Source: an uncultured virus (IMG/VR IMGVR_UViG_3300021142_000024)
Taxonomy: Duplodnaviria > Heunggongvirae > Uroviricota > Caudoviricetes
Virus record (IMG/VR): IMGVR_UViG_3300021142_000024
Location: 1-64,000 of that record
Length of the DNA stretch: 64,000 nt
Reading direction: 5' to 3' (one strand)
The position numbers and the translations under genes are program-made. This document shows, piece after piece, positions 41,760 through 53,025 of this stretch. Position 1 is the stretch's first letter, and every line of letters starts with the position of its first letter. A model generated the notes under the pieces. It saw only the letters and a program-made list of their open reading frames with translations, searched no databases and was not told the DNA's origin.

Positions 41760-42887
41760 TTAAAATAAATGTATTAAGTCACTCTGTCTTTCTATAATTT
41801 GATTTATTGTAATTTTTAAGTCTTCTAATTCAAAATATCCAGGTTCTCCTGATTCTTTTATTATAGCAGGAAGAGATTGTAATAATTCAAATGTTCTTTG
41901 GTTAAATTTTAAACAATCAAATTCTACTATAATATCATTATCTTGAATAGGATTTGAATTTATGAGTGGCAATATTCTTTTTGTCAAATCATATTTAGTA
42001 TTTGGTTGTTCTTTTTCTATATAATTAAATAGATCATTGATATATATTTTATCGCACCACGGTTCTAAAGTTTCTAATGCGTGAATATTACAATTATGAG
42101 CTACATATGCTATATTATATTTTAGATAATTTCCTCTTGATCCCCATTTTCTGATATAATTTCTATTTGATTTAATCTCTAGTATTTGAGTTTGTATTTT
42201 ATATTCTTCTGAAAATCTAGAAGTCTTACTTACAAAATGATAACATATTGCATCTAAAGAAGTTATTAATTCTAAACCATATAATTTAAGTCTATTTATT
42301 ATATCATCATCTTCACAAAAAAAAGGATTAAATAGATTATCCATACCACCTATTTCTAATAAAACTTTTCTAGGCATACACATAAAAAATGTTACCCCTG
42401 GTTCTAGCATATTAGATTTATTATGAGCCTCTTCATTTGCAAACTTATACATATCAGAAGTCCTAAAGCTATTTATATCAATACCAAAATCTCTTATAAT
42501 CTTACCAAGTCTTTCATGTCCTGAGAATATAGGTGGTTCTATCGTAGTATATGATACAGCTCTAGAGTGAGTCATATGCTTTAATATATTTTCTATAAAG
42601 TTTGGAGCTAAAACAATATCATTATGTAAATATGCTACATAATCTTTAGTAGCTATTTGTGTTGCCTTATTAAATGTATCTGATAATGTTTTAGAATCTT
42701 TTTCATAGTAATACTTTAGATTAATATCAGATAATGAGTCTAGCCATTCATGTGTACCATCTGTAGATCCATAACTTACAAAGCATATCTCAATTTCTGG
42801 ATATAATTTTCTAGTTGTGAAGTAGAAATTTTTTGAGTAGTCTAGATTATTTTTAAGACCAACTAAAAGAGATATATTATTCTTCAT
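41760..42887 (-). CDS. GT2 family glycosyltransferase
   Basis: GSTDGT, YLHNDI, IGGMD..F.PFFCEDDD, YHFVS. Confidence 0.88.
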   Translation of the reverse strand: MKNNISLLVGLKNNLDYSKNFYFTTRKLYPEIEICFVSYGSTDGTHEWLDSLSDINLKYYYEKDSKTLSDTFNKATQIATKDYVAYLHNDIVLAPNFIENILKHMTHSRAVSYTTIEPPIFSGHERLGKIIRDFGIDINSFRTSDMYKFANEEAHNKSNMLEPGVTFFMCMPRKVLLEIGGMDNLFNPFFCEDDDIINRLKLYGLELITSLDAICYHFVSKTSRFSEEYKIQTQILEIKSNRNYIRKWGSRGNYLKYNIAYVAHNCNIHALETLEPWCDKIYINDLFNYIEKEQPNTKYDLTKRILPLINSNPIQDNDIIVEFDCLKFNQRTFELLQSLPAIIKESGEPGYFELEDLKITINQIIERQSDLIHLF

Positions 42888-43758
42888 ATATAAATTTATT
42901 TAAGCTACGTTTACTTTTTTCTGCCATTTGTTTATATTCTATATCTTCTCTTGTTGATATAGTATTTACTCTTTTATTAGGATGATAATAATTATGACCT
43001 TTTATTCTAGTAGCTAAATGATATTGTGGAATTTGATACTTTTGAAAAAATAAAGCTGCGCATGTATCTTCTTGTATAAAATTCATATCAGGTGCAATAA
43101 ATGGAGTAGGTAAATTTCCTGATAAAGCAAGTAATGATCCATCTATTTTATTATTGTCTAATTTTATAATTGATATATCATATTTATCATTAAATTCATT
43201 AAGTTGATCTAGAGTTATTCTGTCATAATAACGAAATGGTTTTAATTCTTCATTACTAGGTTTTTGATTATCTAAATTTGGATATTGTTTTAAGTCATTA
43301 TGTTCAACACAAGTCCATGAATCATCCCACATTATTCTAGAAGCACAACTTAATGTATGCGGTTCTGAAATATCTAAATTAGATAAAATGTAAAAATAAT
43401 CATTAGGTATTAAACAATCACTTTCACCCCATACTGTATATTTTGCATTAGTATTATATATTTCTCTGCGCCAATCTCCTATATTATAAAATGGATGATC
43501 ATCTGTTTTATGTATTATTTTTGCATCTTTTAATATTGGATGAGATAAAAATTCATTAAACATATCTTCAGATTTTCCATCAATAGGCTTTTCTAAATAT
43601 GTTTGGGAATTAAGGCAAATTACTAATTCTACTGGTACAGAACTATAGATTAGCGCTGCTTGTAATGAATCTAATATTTCATTTACTATCTTAGACTCAT
43701 ACCACATTATGTGTTGTTGATAAAGGACCATATTTAGTATTTTAAAGGAGAATTCCAA
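42877..43758 (-). CDS. putative GT-A fold glycosyltransferase
   Basis: WGESDCLI, IQEDT; embedded in the sugar cluster. Confidence 0.5.
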   Translation of the reverse strand: MEFSFKILNMVLYQQHIMWYESKIVNEILDSLQAALIYSSVPVELVICLNSQTYLEKPIDGKSEDMFNEFLSHPILKDAKIIHKTDDHPFYNIGDWRREIYNTNAKYTVWGESDCLIPNDYFYILSNLDISEPHTLSCASRIMWDDSWTCVEHNDLKQYPNLDNQKPSNEELKPFRYYDRITLDQLNEFNDKYDISIIKLDNNKIDGSLLALSGNLPTPFIAPDMNFIQEDTCAALFFQKYQIPQYHLATRIKGHNYYHPNKRVNTISTREDIEYKQMAEKSKRSLNKFIYEE

Positions 43759-43853
43759 TTAGACTGCATTATTATACCTAAATAATTTTTGGTTATCATT
43801 TTTTTATTATATTTTACTGTTATATATACTCAATATACTACTAAATAAGATTA

Positions 43854-44594
43854 TTATCCATAATACGTGTAATTTTTTGTTTTTTCTCTTAATTCATATA
43901 ATTTTGAAGAAAGATTTTTATCTTCAAAGTACTTTATCATTTCTTTATATGCATTATTATTATAATCTGCTATATGAGCTTTATCAGAATTATCTTTAAT
44001 ACTCCCCCCTCCATAATGTATTACTGGAAGCCAATCACATACACCTATTTTCCAATTTTTTTCTTCACATACTATACCACTCATGACATCTTGCACCCAT
44101 CCATATTGACTTCCAAAAGCTTTTACTTCTTCTATAAATTCTCTTTTTAATAATACACATTGATAATCTACCCATGGGACATATCTTATTTCTTGAGAAT
44201 TCCAACAATGCATTTGTGGCCAATAACATTGATCTTTTCCTGGTTGTATAATACAAGCTGAGCACATCATCAATTCGGGAATTGAAAAAAGTTGGTTTCT
44301 TAAATTTTTAATAAAATTATATCCGTGGATTATTAAATCTGAATTTAAGAAAAGAAGTGAATCATATTGGGGATTTTCTAAAAAAAACTGAAATCCTATA
44401 TCTAATCCGCCTCCATAATAACAGTTTTCTTCTATTTTATGTGTTGTATATTTACTTTCTTTTCCTTTATCGCTTCCATTATCAAAAACTAATAAATCAT
44501 AATCATTATTTTCATATGGTTTTAATATTTCAAATAAAGTATCTGTATATTGGATTGAATTATAGTGTAGTATTATTGCTAGTGTTTTATTCAT
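43854..44594 (-). CDS. GT2 family glycosyltransferase
   Basis: FDNGS, N.YYGGG, FLNSD, VIHYGG. Confidence 0.85.
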   Translation of the reverse strand: MNKTLAIILHYNSIQYTDTLFEILKPYENNDYDLLVFDNGSDKGKESKYTTHKIEENCYYGGGLDIGFQFFLENPQYDSLLFLNSDLIIHGYNFIKNLRNQLFSIPELMMCSACIIQPGKDQCYWPQMHCWNSQEIRYVPWVDYQCVLLKREFIEEVKAFGSQYGWVQDVMSGIVCEEKNWKIGVCDWLPVIHYGGGSIKDNSDKAHIADYNNNAYKEMIKYFEDKNLSSKLYELREKTKNYTYYG

Positions 44595-45237
44595 ATATAT
44601 ATTCGTTTATCGTGTACTCTTTAATATCTGCTTCAGCAACAAAAGTATGTATACATTTTAATTTAGCATTAGGGTTAGAACCTATCCAAAATTCTGCTCC
44701 CATTCTTTTATGTATATAATTTTCATCTAAATATGAATTATCTAAAGACATTATATGTTTATATTTAGACCACCAAAAATTTCCACTAAAATGAGGAAAA
44801 TATCCTAAAAATGTATCTTCTCTATACAATGGACCTACACTATCATATTCATGTAATATTTCTATACATTTTTTCCATTCATAAATAACTTTATATTGTA
44901 CTAATCTTCTCCATAAATTTTGAGATATAGAGTTATGAGTTATTCCTTTAGTATGAAAATATAATACATAATCATTTGGTTTTATTATTAATGGTATTAA
45001 TCTTAAAGTATGCTTTTCATCTCCATTATCAAAAAAATGTAATTTTATTTTTGAATATTTTCCTACTAAGTTAATTATCCACTTTTTTTCTTCTTCTCCA
45101 CCTACAATACCTATATGGAATTCTTGACAATATTTGTATAATCCTGAATTAAAAATATTAGTTAATTGTTCTGTTATAATATCTTTATAGTTATTAATTA
45201 GATAGGCGTGATAAAATAATTTTATATCTTTTTCCAT
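44587..45237 (-). CDS. putative glycosyltransferase-like protein (likely start 45237)
   Basis: LYFHTKG, HFSGNFWW, AEFWIG motifs. Confidence 0.6.
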   Translation of the reverse strand: MEKDIKLFYHAYLINNYKDIITEQLTNIFNSGLYKYCQEFHIGIVGGEEEKKWIINLVGKYSKIKLHFFDNGDEKHTLRLIPLIIKPNDYVLYFHTKGITHNSISQNLWRRLVQYKVIYEWKKCIEILHEYDSVGPLYREDTFLGYFPHFSGNFWWSKYKHIMSLDNSYLDENYIHKRMGAEFWIGSNPNAKLKCIHTFVAEADIKEYTINEYIYE

Positions 45238-45851
45238 ATACCAATTCCACATGTTGTTTTATAAATAAATTCTAAACATTCACTATGTTTTATATCTTGC
45301 CATAATTTAACTACACCTGGACATGCAGTGCTAGCTATATCATGTAAAACTATATACCCGTTTTCTTCTAGTAAAGGTAAAGCATTATTATAATCAGTTT
45401 TAACACCTTCATATGAATGATCTCCATCAATAAAAATAATATCATATTTTTTATTACATTTAGTTAACCATTCATTACTATCAGTATCATAAAATTCTAT
45501 TGTATTAGTTAAATTATTTTTCAACCATTTTATTTTTTCTACAATAGATTCTCTTTGATCTTGATGCCAATAAGAAGAGTTATCTATGGCTGTTGAAGAT
45601 TCTAAATTTTCTTGAATAAAAGTTTCAATTAAAAATGATCCACCTTTACCAATTCCTATATTTAAATAATTTTTAAATTTTTTATTTTTTAAGAACCATA
45701 AATATTCAATATATTCTTCAGGTACTTGTTGTATTTCTAGTCCACCTACATATAAATGATCACCAAACCAACTATGATGATTAACTCCAGCTTCATTACA
45801 TAACCAATAAAAAAGTTCATCTTTTGTAATTTTTTTTATATTTGGTATCAT
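45222..45851 (-). CDS. class I SAM-dependent methyltransferase (Methyltransf_24-like)
   Basis: IGIGKGGS, FIDGDHSYEGV, HDI. Confidence 0.88.
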   Translation of the reverse strand: MIPNIKKITKDELFYWLCNEAGVNHHSWFGDHLYVGGLEIQQVPEEYIEYLWFLKNKKFKNYLNIGIGKGGSFLIETFIQENLESSTAIDNSSYWHQDQRESIVEKIKWLKNNLTNTIEFYDTDSNEWLTKCNKKYDIIFIDGDHSYEGVKTDYNNALPLLEENGYIVLHDIASTACPGVVKLWQDIKHSECLEFIYKTTCGIGIWKKI

Positions 45852-45854
45852 ATT

Positions 45855-47081
45855 TTAAATAGTTTTTATGTTTGGTATTAAAATAATAAATTTTCCTTTA
45901 TATTCTAAATTTAAAGATTTAATAATATAATCTGCAAAATTATGTGCTAAAATTAATATATAATCTGGTTGTTTTTGTTTTAAAATACTTCTATTTACTA
46001 TTTGAATACCTGTACCAGGAATAAATTTTCCTTGTTTAATATCAGTATCATCAATAACAACATCAATATCATTATAGTCTAAATTCATTGCATTTAAATA
46101 AATGCACCCTTTAGCAGCTGCTCCAAATCCATAGATAGTTTTCCCTTCAGATTTTAATTGTTTAATAAAGTTTTTAGAATTAATAATATGTTTTTGGACT
46201 TCTTCTCCCCATTTAATATGATAATCTAAATCATACTTTTTTTCTAATTGAATATATTCTTCAATGGTGTTATCTACAGTATATTTAGAATTAAATTTAG
46301 CTATTATAAGTCTTAGAGTACCACCATGTATATCTTGTTTAGTAATATTAATAATTTTCATTCCATATTTTTCCATCATCATTTTCATAGGAGTTATAGA
46401 ATGATAAAATACATGCTCATGATATATTTGATCAAATTGATTAGTTTCCATTCCGCTAATCCAATATGGAAATTCTAAAATCCAAATACCATTTTCAGTT
46501 AATAAATGTTCAACTCCTTTTGCAAAAGAATTTATATCTAATAAATGTTGAAATACGTTAGTAGAAATAATCACATCAGATTTTTTATCTAATTCTATAG
46601 CTATTTTATATGAAAAAAATTTAGTTAAACATGGAATATTTTTTTCTTTACACGCTAAAGATAAATTTTGTGATGGATCTATATTTAATAAATCTAATAC
46701 TTTATCACTTACACTTCTAAATGAATTAAGTAATGTACCGTCGTTACCACCAATATCAATTATACTTGTATTATCTTCTATATTAATATACTCTTGAATA
46801 TTTTTAAACATTTCTTGACAATGTTTAGAATATGGCTTATTTACTTCTGATTTAAATAGATAATATGAAAACAATAATTCCCCATCTACAGCTATACTTA
46901 ATGAAGATTCTCCTGATTTAGGATAATAATTTATATTTAACGGAAATTTTTGAGCATTAATAGAGTCTTCTCTAGTATCACACAAATTATTAACTAATGG
47001 AATATTTCCTAAATCAAAATATTTTATTTGTTTATTATGCTCGGTTATTGGACATTTACTAATCACTGAGTAATTTTTCAT
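45855..47081 (-). CDS. NDP-hexose C-methyltransferase
   Basis: DLG..PLVN, DIGGNDGTLL, FDQIYHEH, HGGTLR, GFGAAAKG. Confidence 0.9.
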   Translation of the reverse strand: MKNYSVISKCPITEHNKQIKYFDLGNIPLVNNLCDTREDSINAQKFPLNINYYPKSGESSLSIAVDGELLFSYYLFKSEVNKPYSKHCQEMFKNIQEYINIEDNTSIIDIGGNDGTLLNSFRSVSDKVLDLLNIDPSQNLSLACKEKNIPCLTKFFSYKIAIELDKKSDVIISTNVFQHLLDINSFAKGVEHLLTENGIWILEFPYWISGMETNQFDQIYHEHVFYHSITPMKMMMEKYGMKIINITKQDIHGGTLRLIIAKFNSKYTVDNTIEEYIQLEKKYDLDYHIKWGEEVQKHIINSKNFIKQLKSEGKTIYGFGAAAKGCIYLNAMNLDYNDIDVVIDDTDIKQGKFIPGTGIQIVNRSILKQKQPDYILILAHNFADYIIKSLNLEYKGKFIILIPNIKTI

Positions 47082-47736
47082 ATTTACTAATATTTAAACT
47101 AAAATTATTATTTGTTGGTTTTTTAATTGATTCAACTTTATTATACTTAGATGCATATTCAAATATAGTTTTAGCATGCGTTCCTATATTTAATATTCCA
47201 GTAATATCAGATTTTATCGCTTTTAATATCATTGGAGCTATAATATCAATATAATCTTTACTAACTATTTGATTAGTCCATGCTTTTGTATATGGAAATT
47301 TATTTGAACCAAAACTAGTTCTAATTATTAAATGATTTGGATTCAATCTAACTGAGCACTCTCCTCCTAATTTTGTCCATGCATAATTATTATATGGCAG
47401 TATATGATCTATTTCTTTATAATTTCCACGTATTCCTGGATATATATAATCAGTAGATATATAGATTAATCTTTTATTATTCTCAATGCAATATTCAGAT
47501 ATATATCCAGTACCTATTATATTAGTTTTTATAGCAAGTATTGGATTTATATCTATATCATGTGAATTAGTTATAGCTGCTGCATGAATTATAATATCTG
47601 GATTTATTGATTTTAATTTTAATTTTATATCATCTTTTGTAATATCAAAATCATTGCTAGATAGTCCTATAATATTTGGATCTATTTTTTGTAATTCTCT
47701 ACTTAACAATCCATTCTTCCCAGTAATTACTATCAT
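47059..47736 (-). CDS. rmlD: dTDP-4-dehydrorhamnose reductase-like SDR
   Basis: ITGKNGLL, IHAAA, YISTDY, YAWTK. Confidence 0.82.
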   Translation of the reverse strand: MIVITGKNGLLSRELQKIDPNIIGLSSNDFDITKDDIKLKLKSINPDIIIHAAAITNSHDIDINPILAIKTNIIGTGYISEYCIENNKRLIYISTDYIYPGIRGNYKEIDHILPYNNYAWTKLGGECSVRLNPNHLIIRTSFGSNKFPYTKAWTNQIVSKDYIDIIAPMILKAIKSDITGILNIGTHAKTIFEYASKYNKVESIKKPTNNNFSLNISKYEKLLSD

Positions 47737-48350
47737 ATTGTGTCGTATAATTTATTTTGTTTCTCTTGTCTTTCTATTGTCTTTGGATGTATCAAATAAA
47801 ATTGATCTGGTAATCTTGATACTCCTTTATATCCCACTAATCTTTCGTGGACTTTACCGATCCATTGTATTTCTGGAACGTTCTTACAAATTCTGCCTTG
47901 TAAATCTGGCCAATTAATTCTACTCTGATCATCTAGATTCCAACCCCATTTAGATATATGCTCCTTTGTTAAACCTTCTACTGTATTCCATCTTGGTATA
48001 TAGTACAGATCTACTTCAGGATTCATTTCTAATATCATTGGTAGATATTCAATAATATCCTCATTTAAGTATTCATCAGCATCTATATAAATAATATAAT
48101 CCTTTTTACAAAAATTCTTTATATTGTTCTTGAAAGTGGCAAAATCTTTATTTAATGGAAATTCAATTAGAGTTTCTATGTGATTTTTAAAACCAAACAC
48201 TATCATCTTAACCTCATCTGATGCATTAGTATCTAATTGGATTATTATTTCATCTTTTTCAGATTTATAATCACATAGCTTGGTAAGTAACCTATTTAAT
48301 TCTTCATGTTCATTACATGCTGTTATAGCATAACTAATTGTAGGAGTCAT
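47733..48350 (-). CDS. GT2 family glycosyltransferase
   Basis: IDADE, WPD.Q.R, W.GKVHE. Confidence 0.85.
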   Translation of the reverse strand: MTPTISYAITACNEHEELNRLLTKLCDYKSEKDEIIIQLDTNASDEVKMIVFGFKNHIETLIEFPLNKDFATFKNNIKNFCKKDYIIYIDADEYLNEDIIEYLPMILEMNPEVDLYYIPRWNTVEGLTKEHISKWGWNLDDQSRINWPDLQGRICKNVPEIQWIGKVHERLVGYKGVSRLPDQFYLIHPKTIERQEKQNKLYDTI

Positions 48351-48811
48351 TACTCTTCTATATTTTCAATTTCAAAAAATCCTATATAATTACAAGCATC
48401 AAAAAATCCGTCTATTCCAAAATGTTGCATAGTCTGTGAGTCAGATTTATGCGTTTGATTTTTAAAACGTGGAGATTGCGCCTCCTCTTTAGTCAATTCT
48501 TTTGTTTTAATTCCAGAAAAATAGCAATCATCTTTTGAAGTACCATTTAAAAATACAGTGCCTTTTGTAGGAATATTTATAGTAGCTGGGTACCAAACTC
48601 TACCACTTTCTTCTACATATGCACATTCTTTATGAAGTTCTGGAAGTGTGGACTCAAATTCTTCAAAATCAAATTCTCCTTCTATCATTAAATCAGATGT
48701 TTGATACCCACATTGAAAACAAATATAGGAGTTCATAGTCTCATTTATAGGAGTAGTATAGCAAGATTCTAGTGCTCCACATTTTGGACAAGTAGTTAAT
48801 TTATCTATCAT
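48350..48811 (-). CDS. Zn-ribbon hypothetical protein
   Basis: CPKC and CFQCG. Confidence 0.6.
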   Translation of the reverse strand: MIDKLTTCPKCGALESCYTTPINETMNSYICFQCGYQTSDLMIEGEFDFEEFESTLPELHKECAYVEESGRVWYPATINIPTKGTVFLNGTSKDDCYFSGIKTKELTKEEAQSPRFKNQTHKSDSQTMQHFGIDGFFDACNYIGFFEIENIEE

Positions 48812-50119
48812 TTACATTTTTTTTAAAGCGGGTAATTCTATTTTTTTGAGTTGGGGTAATTTTAAAGCTACGTGTTTAGGGAATTTATCTAAAGTCTCAT
48901 TGAGTTTTTCTTTCATTTTATCATATGTAAAATTCTCAAATACATATCTAGATTGACGTTTAGCATTAACCTCATAATTCTTATAATTCTGCCACATATC
49001 TAGCATCTTCTTAGCTGCAAAGTCCATATTTGGATAAAACCATTGTGATCCTTGTATAAGCATATTCTGTGCTTGAGCTGAGGGGTGTATCTCTTTAAGT
49101 TCTCCTGGGACAAAATTACAAAATTCATCATTACAAAAATCAAGATGACCTGACCAATATGATACTAATGCTGGCTTTTTAGACATAAAGAACTCTGAAA
49201 GTGGTCTAAAATACCCTTCGCCTTTTACTAGACCTAACATAACCTTAATTTTATCATGATTATATAGATCATTCATGTCATTATCTCCAAATTCACCATG
49301 AAGTAAATACACATTTGGAAGTGTTTTAGCTATCACAGTCTTTCTAATTGAATCTATTTTATTAAGAATATCATCTCTATCCATTATACTATTTGTGCCT
49401 CTTGCTGTCTTTAATATCAGAGCCGGTGGATTAGTCTTATTCTTAAATGTCTCAAGGAAAGTTTTTATAGTTAATCCCACATTTTTTCTATCTTCTCCGA
49501 TATCTCCATTCATCCAATGACCTACAAATAAAAAGCAGAAATTTTCTTTGATCTCATCAAGAGAATCTACTAAATCAGAACCTTTGATATTATTATCATC
49601 AATATAAAAATATTTAGATGTATCAATACCCTCAAATAGAACTTCTACTGGTTTCTCAAGTTTTATATGTGCTATTATCTGACCAGTATTATTATCTTTT
49701 TGATCAAATTTTGAATTCTCAAATACCTGTTTAGCATGTTCAGATGATACTAAAGTTAAATTCATTTTATTCACTCCTTGAATCCAACTAGGATCGCATA
49801 TAGTAGTCTCTATACCCGCAGTTACGCCTAAATTATATAGTTTACCTATAGGTTGAAATTCATTTGGTACTGTGATCTGGCACCAATAATCTGGTTGTTG
49901 ATTAAGTTGATAAATTAATAGAGTATTCATCCAACCCATAGTCTCCTGATGATCATTAATAAAACCCCATGGGCAATTACCCCAACGCTGAGGCAGTACT
50001 TTAATATCCCACTCATCTTTTTTTGACTCATAAAGAGCTTTAATAAAATCTCTACTTCTTGCACCATATCCTGAATAAGTGTCAATAGGACATGATATTA
50101 CACATAACGGCTTTATCAT
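48812..50119 (-). CDS. GT4-like (GT-B) glycosyltransferase
   Basis: SGYG, FLFVG, RKNV, KGEGYFRPLSE. Confidence 0.85.
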   Translation of the reverse strand: MIKPLCVISCPIDTYSGYGARSRDFIKALYESKKDEWDIKVLPQRWGNCPWGFINDHQETMGWMNTLLIYQLNQQPDYWCQITVPNEFQPIGKLYNLGVTAGIETTICDPSWIQGVNKMNLTLVSSEHAKQVFENSKFDQKDNNTGQIIAHIKLEKPVEVLFEGIDTSKYFYIDDNNIKGSDLVDSLDEIKENFCFLFVGHWMNGDIGEDRKNVGLTIKTFLETFKNKTNPPALILKTARGTNSIMDRDDILNKIDSIRKTVIAKTLPNVYLLHGEFGDNDMNDLYNHDKIKVMLGLVKGEGYFRPLSEFFMSKKPALVSYWSGHLDFCNDEFCNFVPGELKEIHPSAQAQNMLIQGSQWFYPNMDFAAKKMLDMWQNYKNYEVNAKRQSRYVFENFTYDKMKEKLNETLDKFPKHVALKLPQLKKIELPALKKM

Positions 50120-50120
50120 A

Positions 50121-51563
50121 TTAGTATGTTAATTTATGTTTAATCCTTTTAGGCTTGATTGATTCAATTTTTATCAATTGAAATTTCTTTCTTGGCTCAA
50201 AATTATCAATTGTCTTATTTATCGTATTTATTACATTCTTACACATCCATCTTGCACTCATCATAGACTCATCACCTGTAACCCATTTTCTAGCGCTCAG
50301 ACCAATTCTCTGACGATCTTCTAGGCCTATGTTATATAGATAATGGATTGCGGTAGAAATGTCCCTAAAATCGCACCTATCATCCCAAATATATGGAGTA
50401 GGCAGACTACCTACTAGACTTAAATTAGAAGGGAATACTGGAATTGCCCATGCGCCATGATCTTTTAAAGCGCCTTGATGATTAGATGGTAGTTCTGTAG
50501 AAGGAGTAAACCACTGACCTTGATCATCTACAAATCTCATTTGATCTTGCATACCTCCAGTAACGTTTGCAATTATCATTTTACCTGCCATCATAGACTC
50601 TGTCAAAGATAGACCCCAACCCTCATTAGAACTTACTAGAGCAGTTCCGTCTGCAATATTATATAGCAAATTCATTTGATCTGGACTATATGCACCATCT
50701 GCAAAATATACTTTCTGATACTCTGGATCACATAGTAATTCTATAACTACAGGTAGATCAGTACCATTCTCATCAGTTTTATGAGTATGCAGTAGTAGTG
50801 CACATTTCTTTGCATTCTCTTTGCCTATAGAATCCGTAAAGTGAGACCAGGCTGCAATCAGATCTGAAGTAGATTTTCTACGAATATTACGAGCATTGTA
50901 TAAAAGTACAAATTCTGGATCGAAATCACCAAATATAGATTTTTTAAGTGTTATCATATCATTATACTCAGGAGAATATTCTGTGATTGGTTTAAAGATA
51001 TTCTCATTAATTCCATGTGGTATATATTCTATTATCTTCTCTTTTGCAAGAGAATCAAGCACCATCTCTGTTATTAATTTTGTCTGCTTTGAAATGCACA
51101 TGAAAGTATCACATGATTCATAATATGATTTATTATATAGAGGAGCTGGAAAATTATCCCATATACTTAGATATATTAGGGGGGTGGTTTTTCTAATCTC
51201 AGCTTCCATATCAAAAAGCCAAGTATAATATCTAGGATCAGTAAATATTAATATAGCATCTGGCTTTTCTATTTGTAATATTTGACGTATTAGATCTGGA
51301 TTTCCATATCCATCAGTAGGATATAATATTACAGAAGAATTATCAATTCCTAAAATACTATCTGTATCTGTTGAAAGATCGAGTCTCTTACCTTTGTCTG
51401 GATGGTTCATTCCTCCAGCTATTTGAACCCAGTTAAATATATGAGCAGTACCTAAAACTATTTCTTTAGACATAGTAGCAATACCGCTAAAAAATCTAAG
51501 ATCATCACCTAAAAATAGGATCTTTTTCCTATCTTCTTTTTTAATGTAACCTGTATTTGTCAT
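50121..51563 (-). CDS. GT4 (GT-B) glycosyltransferase
   Basis: IPHGI, RNIRRK, EGWGLSLTESM. Confidence 0.88.
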   Translation of the reverse strand: MTNTGYIKKEDRKKILFLGDDLRFFSGIATMSKEIVLGTAHIFNWVQIAGGMNHPDKGKRLDLSTDTDSILGIDNSSVILYPTDGYGNPDLIRQILQIEKPDAILIFTDPRYYTWLFDMEAEIRKTTPLIYLSIWDNFPAPLYNKSYYESCDTFMCISKQTKLITEMVLDSLAKEKIIEYIPHGINENIFKPITEYSPEYNDMITLKKSIFGDFDPEFVLLYNARNIRRKSTSDLIAAWSHFTDSIGKENAKKCALLLHTHKTDENGTDLPVVIELLCDPEYQKVYFADGAYSPDQMNLLYNIADGTALVSSNEGWGLSLTESMMAGKMIIANVTGGMQDQMRFVDDQGQWFTPSTELPSNHQGALKDHGAWAIPVFPSNLSLVGSLPTPYIWDDRCDFRDISTAIHYLYNIGLEDRQRIGLSARKWVTGDESMMSARWMCKNVINTINKTIDNFEPRKKFQLIKIESIKPKRIKHKLTY

Positions 51564-51565
51564 AA

Positions 51566-51799
51566 TTATAAACTTTTTAATTTTTTAATGTCATCTACGA
51601 ATTGACTTCCTGTATAGTATGTACTGTATGTACTATGCATTTTATGTCTAAATTCTGGATCTGTAATATATAAAAATACAGATCTTTCTGCTAAATCTTG
51701 TAAATACATTTTATTGATCTTAGTCAATACTTTAAAATCTTCATAAATACCCTTTGGGAGTTTAATTGATGTAAGTACTCTTTGCTGTTCTTGTGTCAT
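51566..51799 (-). CDS. ribbon-helix-helix-like protein
   Basis: LTSIKL strand followed by two helices. Confidence 0.55.
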   Translation of the reverse strand: MTQEQQRVLTSIKLPKGIYEDFKVLTKINKMYLQDLAERSVFLYITDPEFRHKMHSTYSTYYTGSQFVDDIKKLKSL

Positions 51800-51860
51800 A
51801 TTTCTTTATCTATAAATATACATAAAATATTTATGATGTATATTTTAAGAATATTTTTTA

Positions 51861-52763
51861 TTATTTTTTACTGCAAAGTTGATCATTATCCTTAAATGGA
51901 CACCACTTACATGAATCAAAATTCTTAGGGTATTCTTTATCTATGTATTGACCATCTGAAGTAAATGCATCTTTTACAAATGATTTAAGATCTTCTATTG
52001 CTTTTTTTACTGATGGTTTACCTTGAGAAGGCTTGAATTCTTGCACTCGCTTTATAGGAAATTCTGCATCTTCATAAATCTTACGACGAACGATAAAGAA
52101 TTCTACATCAACCATTTCTGGATCAATGTTTAATTTTTTTGAATAAAAGTGCTTATAGAAAAGAACTTGATTTATTTTATTCTTATCAGATTTATCTTTA
52201 TCTTTCCACCCTGATGTACTAGTTTTAATATCATAGATAGTATATTTCCCCGTATTCTTATTCTTCATAATAAGATCTATACTACCAATCATTAGCACAT
52301 TGGGTATTTCATCTACTACCTGTTCAGTAATAGGTATTTCTATACCTACTAAAGTATTATTTTTAAGACTAAAATACTCAGTTCTCTTCTTTTTAATATA
52401 CTCAAGTATTGTATTACCGTCTTCTAAAAATTCTTGTAATTCTGTAGGATTAGAAAAATGATTTCCATTATTAGAAGTGAGCGCCTCTTTATAATTTTCT
52501 ATCATTCTCTGTTTAAAAAAACCTAGTAAATCAATTTTATCTGCAGCAGTTCCAGATTCTGTATACATTATCTCTATATACTTTTGCAGAGCCTCATGTA
52601 TAGAAGTTCCAAAAGTTAGATGAATACTTTGCTCAAATTTTTTATTCTTCTTTACATATTGCAAATACCAATTATGAGGACATGATTTATACATGCTATA
52701 TTGCGAATATGATATAGCTTTTTGACCTAAATCATATCTAACTCCATAATTCTGATTAGGCAT
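51861..52763 (-). CDS. PD-(D/E)xK exonuclease (Cas4/AddB-like)
   Basis: SYSQ..CP, FGTSIH, GSID, YDIKT, Q..FY, CKWCPF...C. Confidence 0.88.
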   Translation of the reverse strand: MPNQNYGVRYDLGQKAISYSQYSMYKSCPHNWYLQYVKKNKKFEQSIHLTFGTSIHEALQKYIEIMYTESGTAADKIDLLGFFKQRMIENYKEALTSNNGNHFSNPTELQEFLEDGNTILEYIKKKRTEYFSLKNNTLVGIEIPITEQVVDEIPNVLMIGSIDLIMKNKNTGKYTIYDIKTSTSGWKDKDKSDKNKINQVLFYKHFYSKKLNIDPEMVDVEFFIVRRKIYEDAEFPIKRVQEFKPSQGKPSVKKAIEDLKSFVKDAFTSDGQYIDKEYPKNFDSCKWCPFKDNDQLCSKK

Positions 52764-53025
52764 CTAGCTGAGTTTTTTGTAATTCTTTAGGCATGAAATC
52801 ATCATTAGTATGTCCACACACTGCACAGCAAAATACTTGAATAGGCACAAGTGCATCTTGAGGAGTGCCAGTTAGAAATTTAGAAGCTTTACGGATTAAA
52901 AGCCCATCTCTAAATACATTTCCACCACATTTTTCACATACTACTACTGTAGTCTTATCTAATGATATGTTTAATTTCTGATTGTTCATAATATAATATG
53001 ATTATAAATGTTATTAAATTTAAAT

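Noticed and set aside
51861..52763. Cas4-like nuclease as evidence of a CRISPR system
   Set aside because: Stand-alone PD-(D/E)xK nucleases are common in phage replication regions; no array or other cas genes are present.
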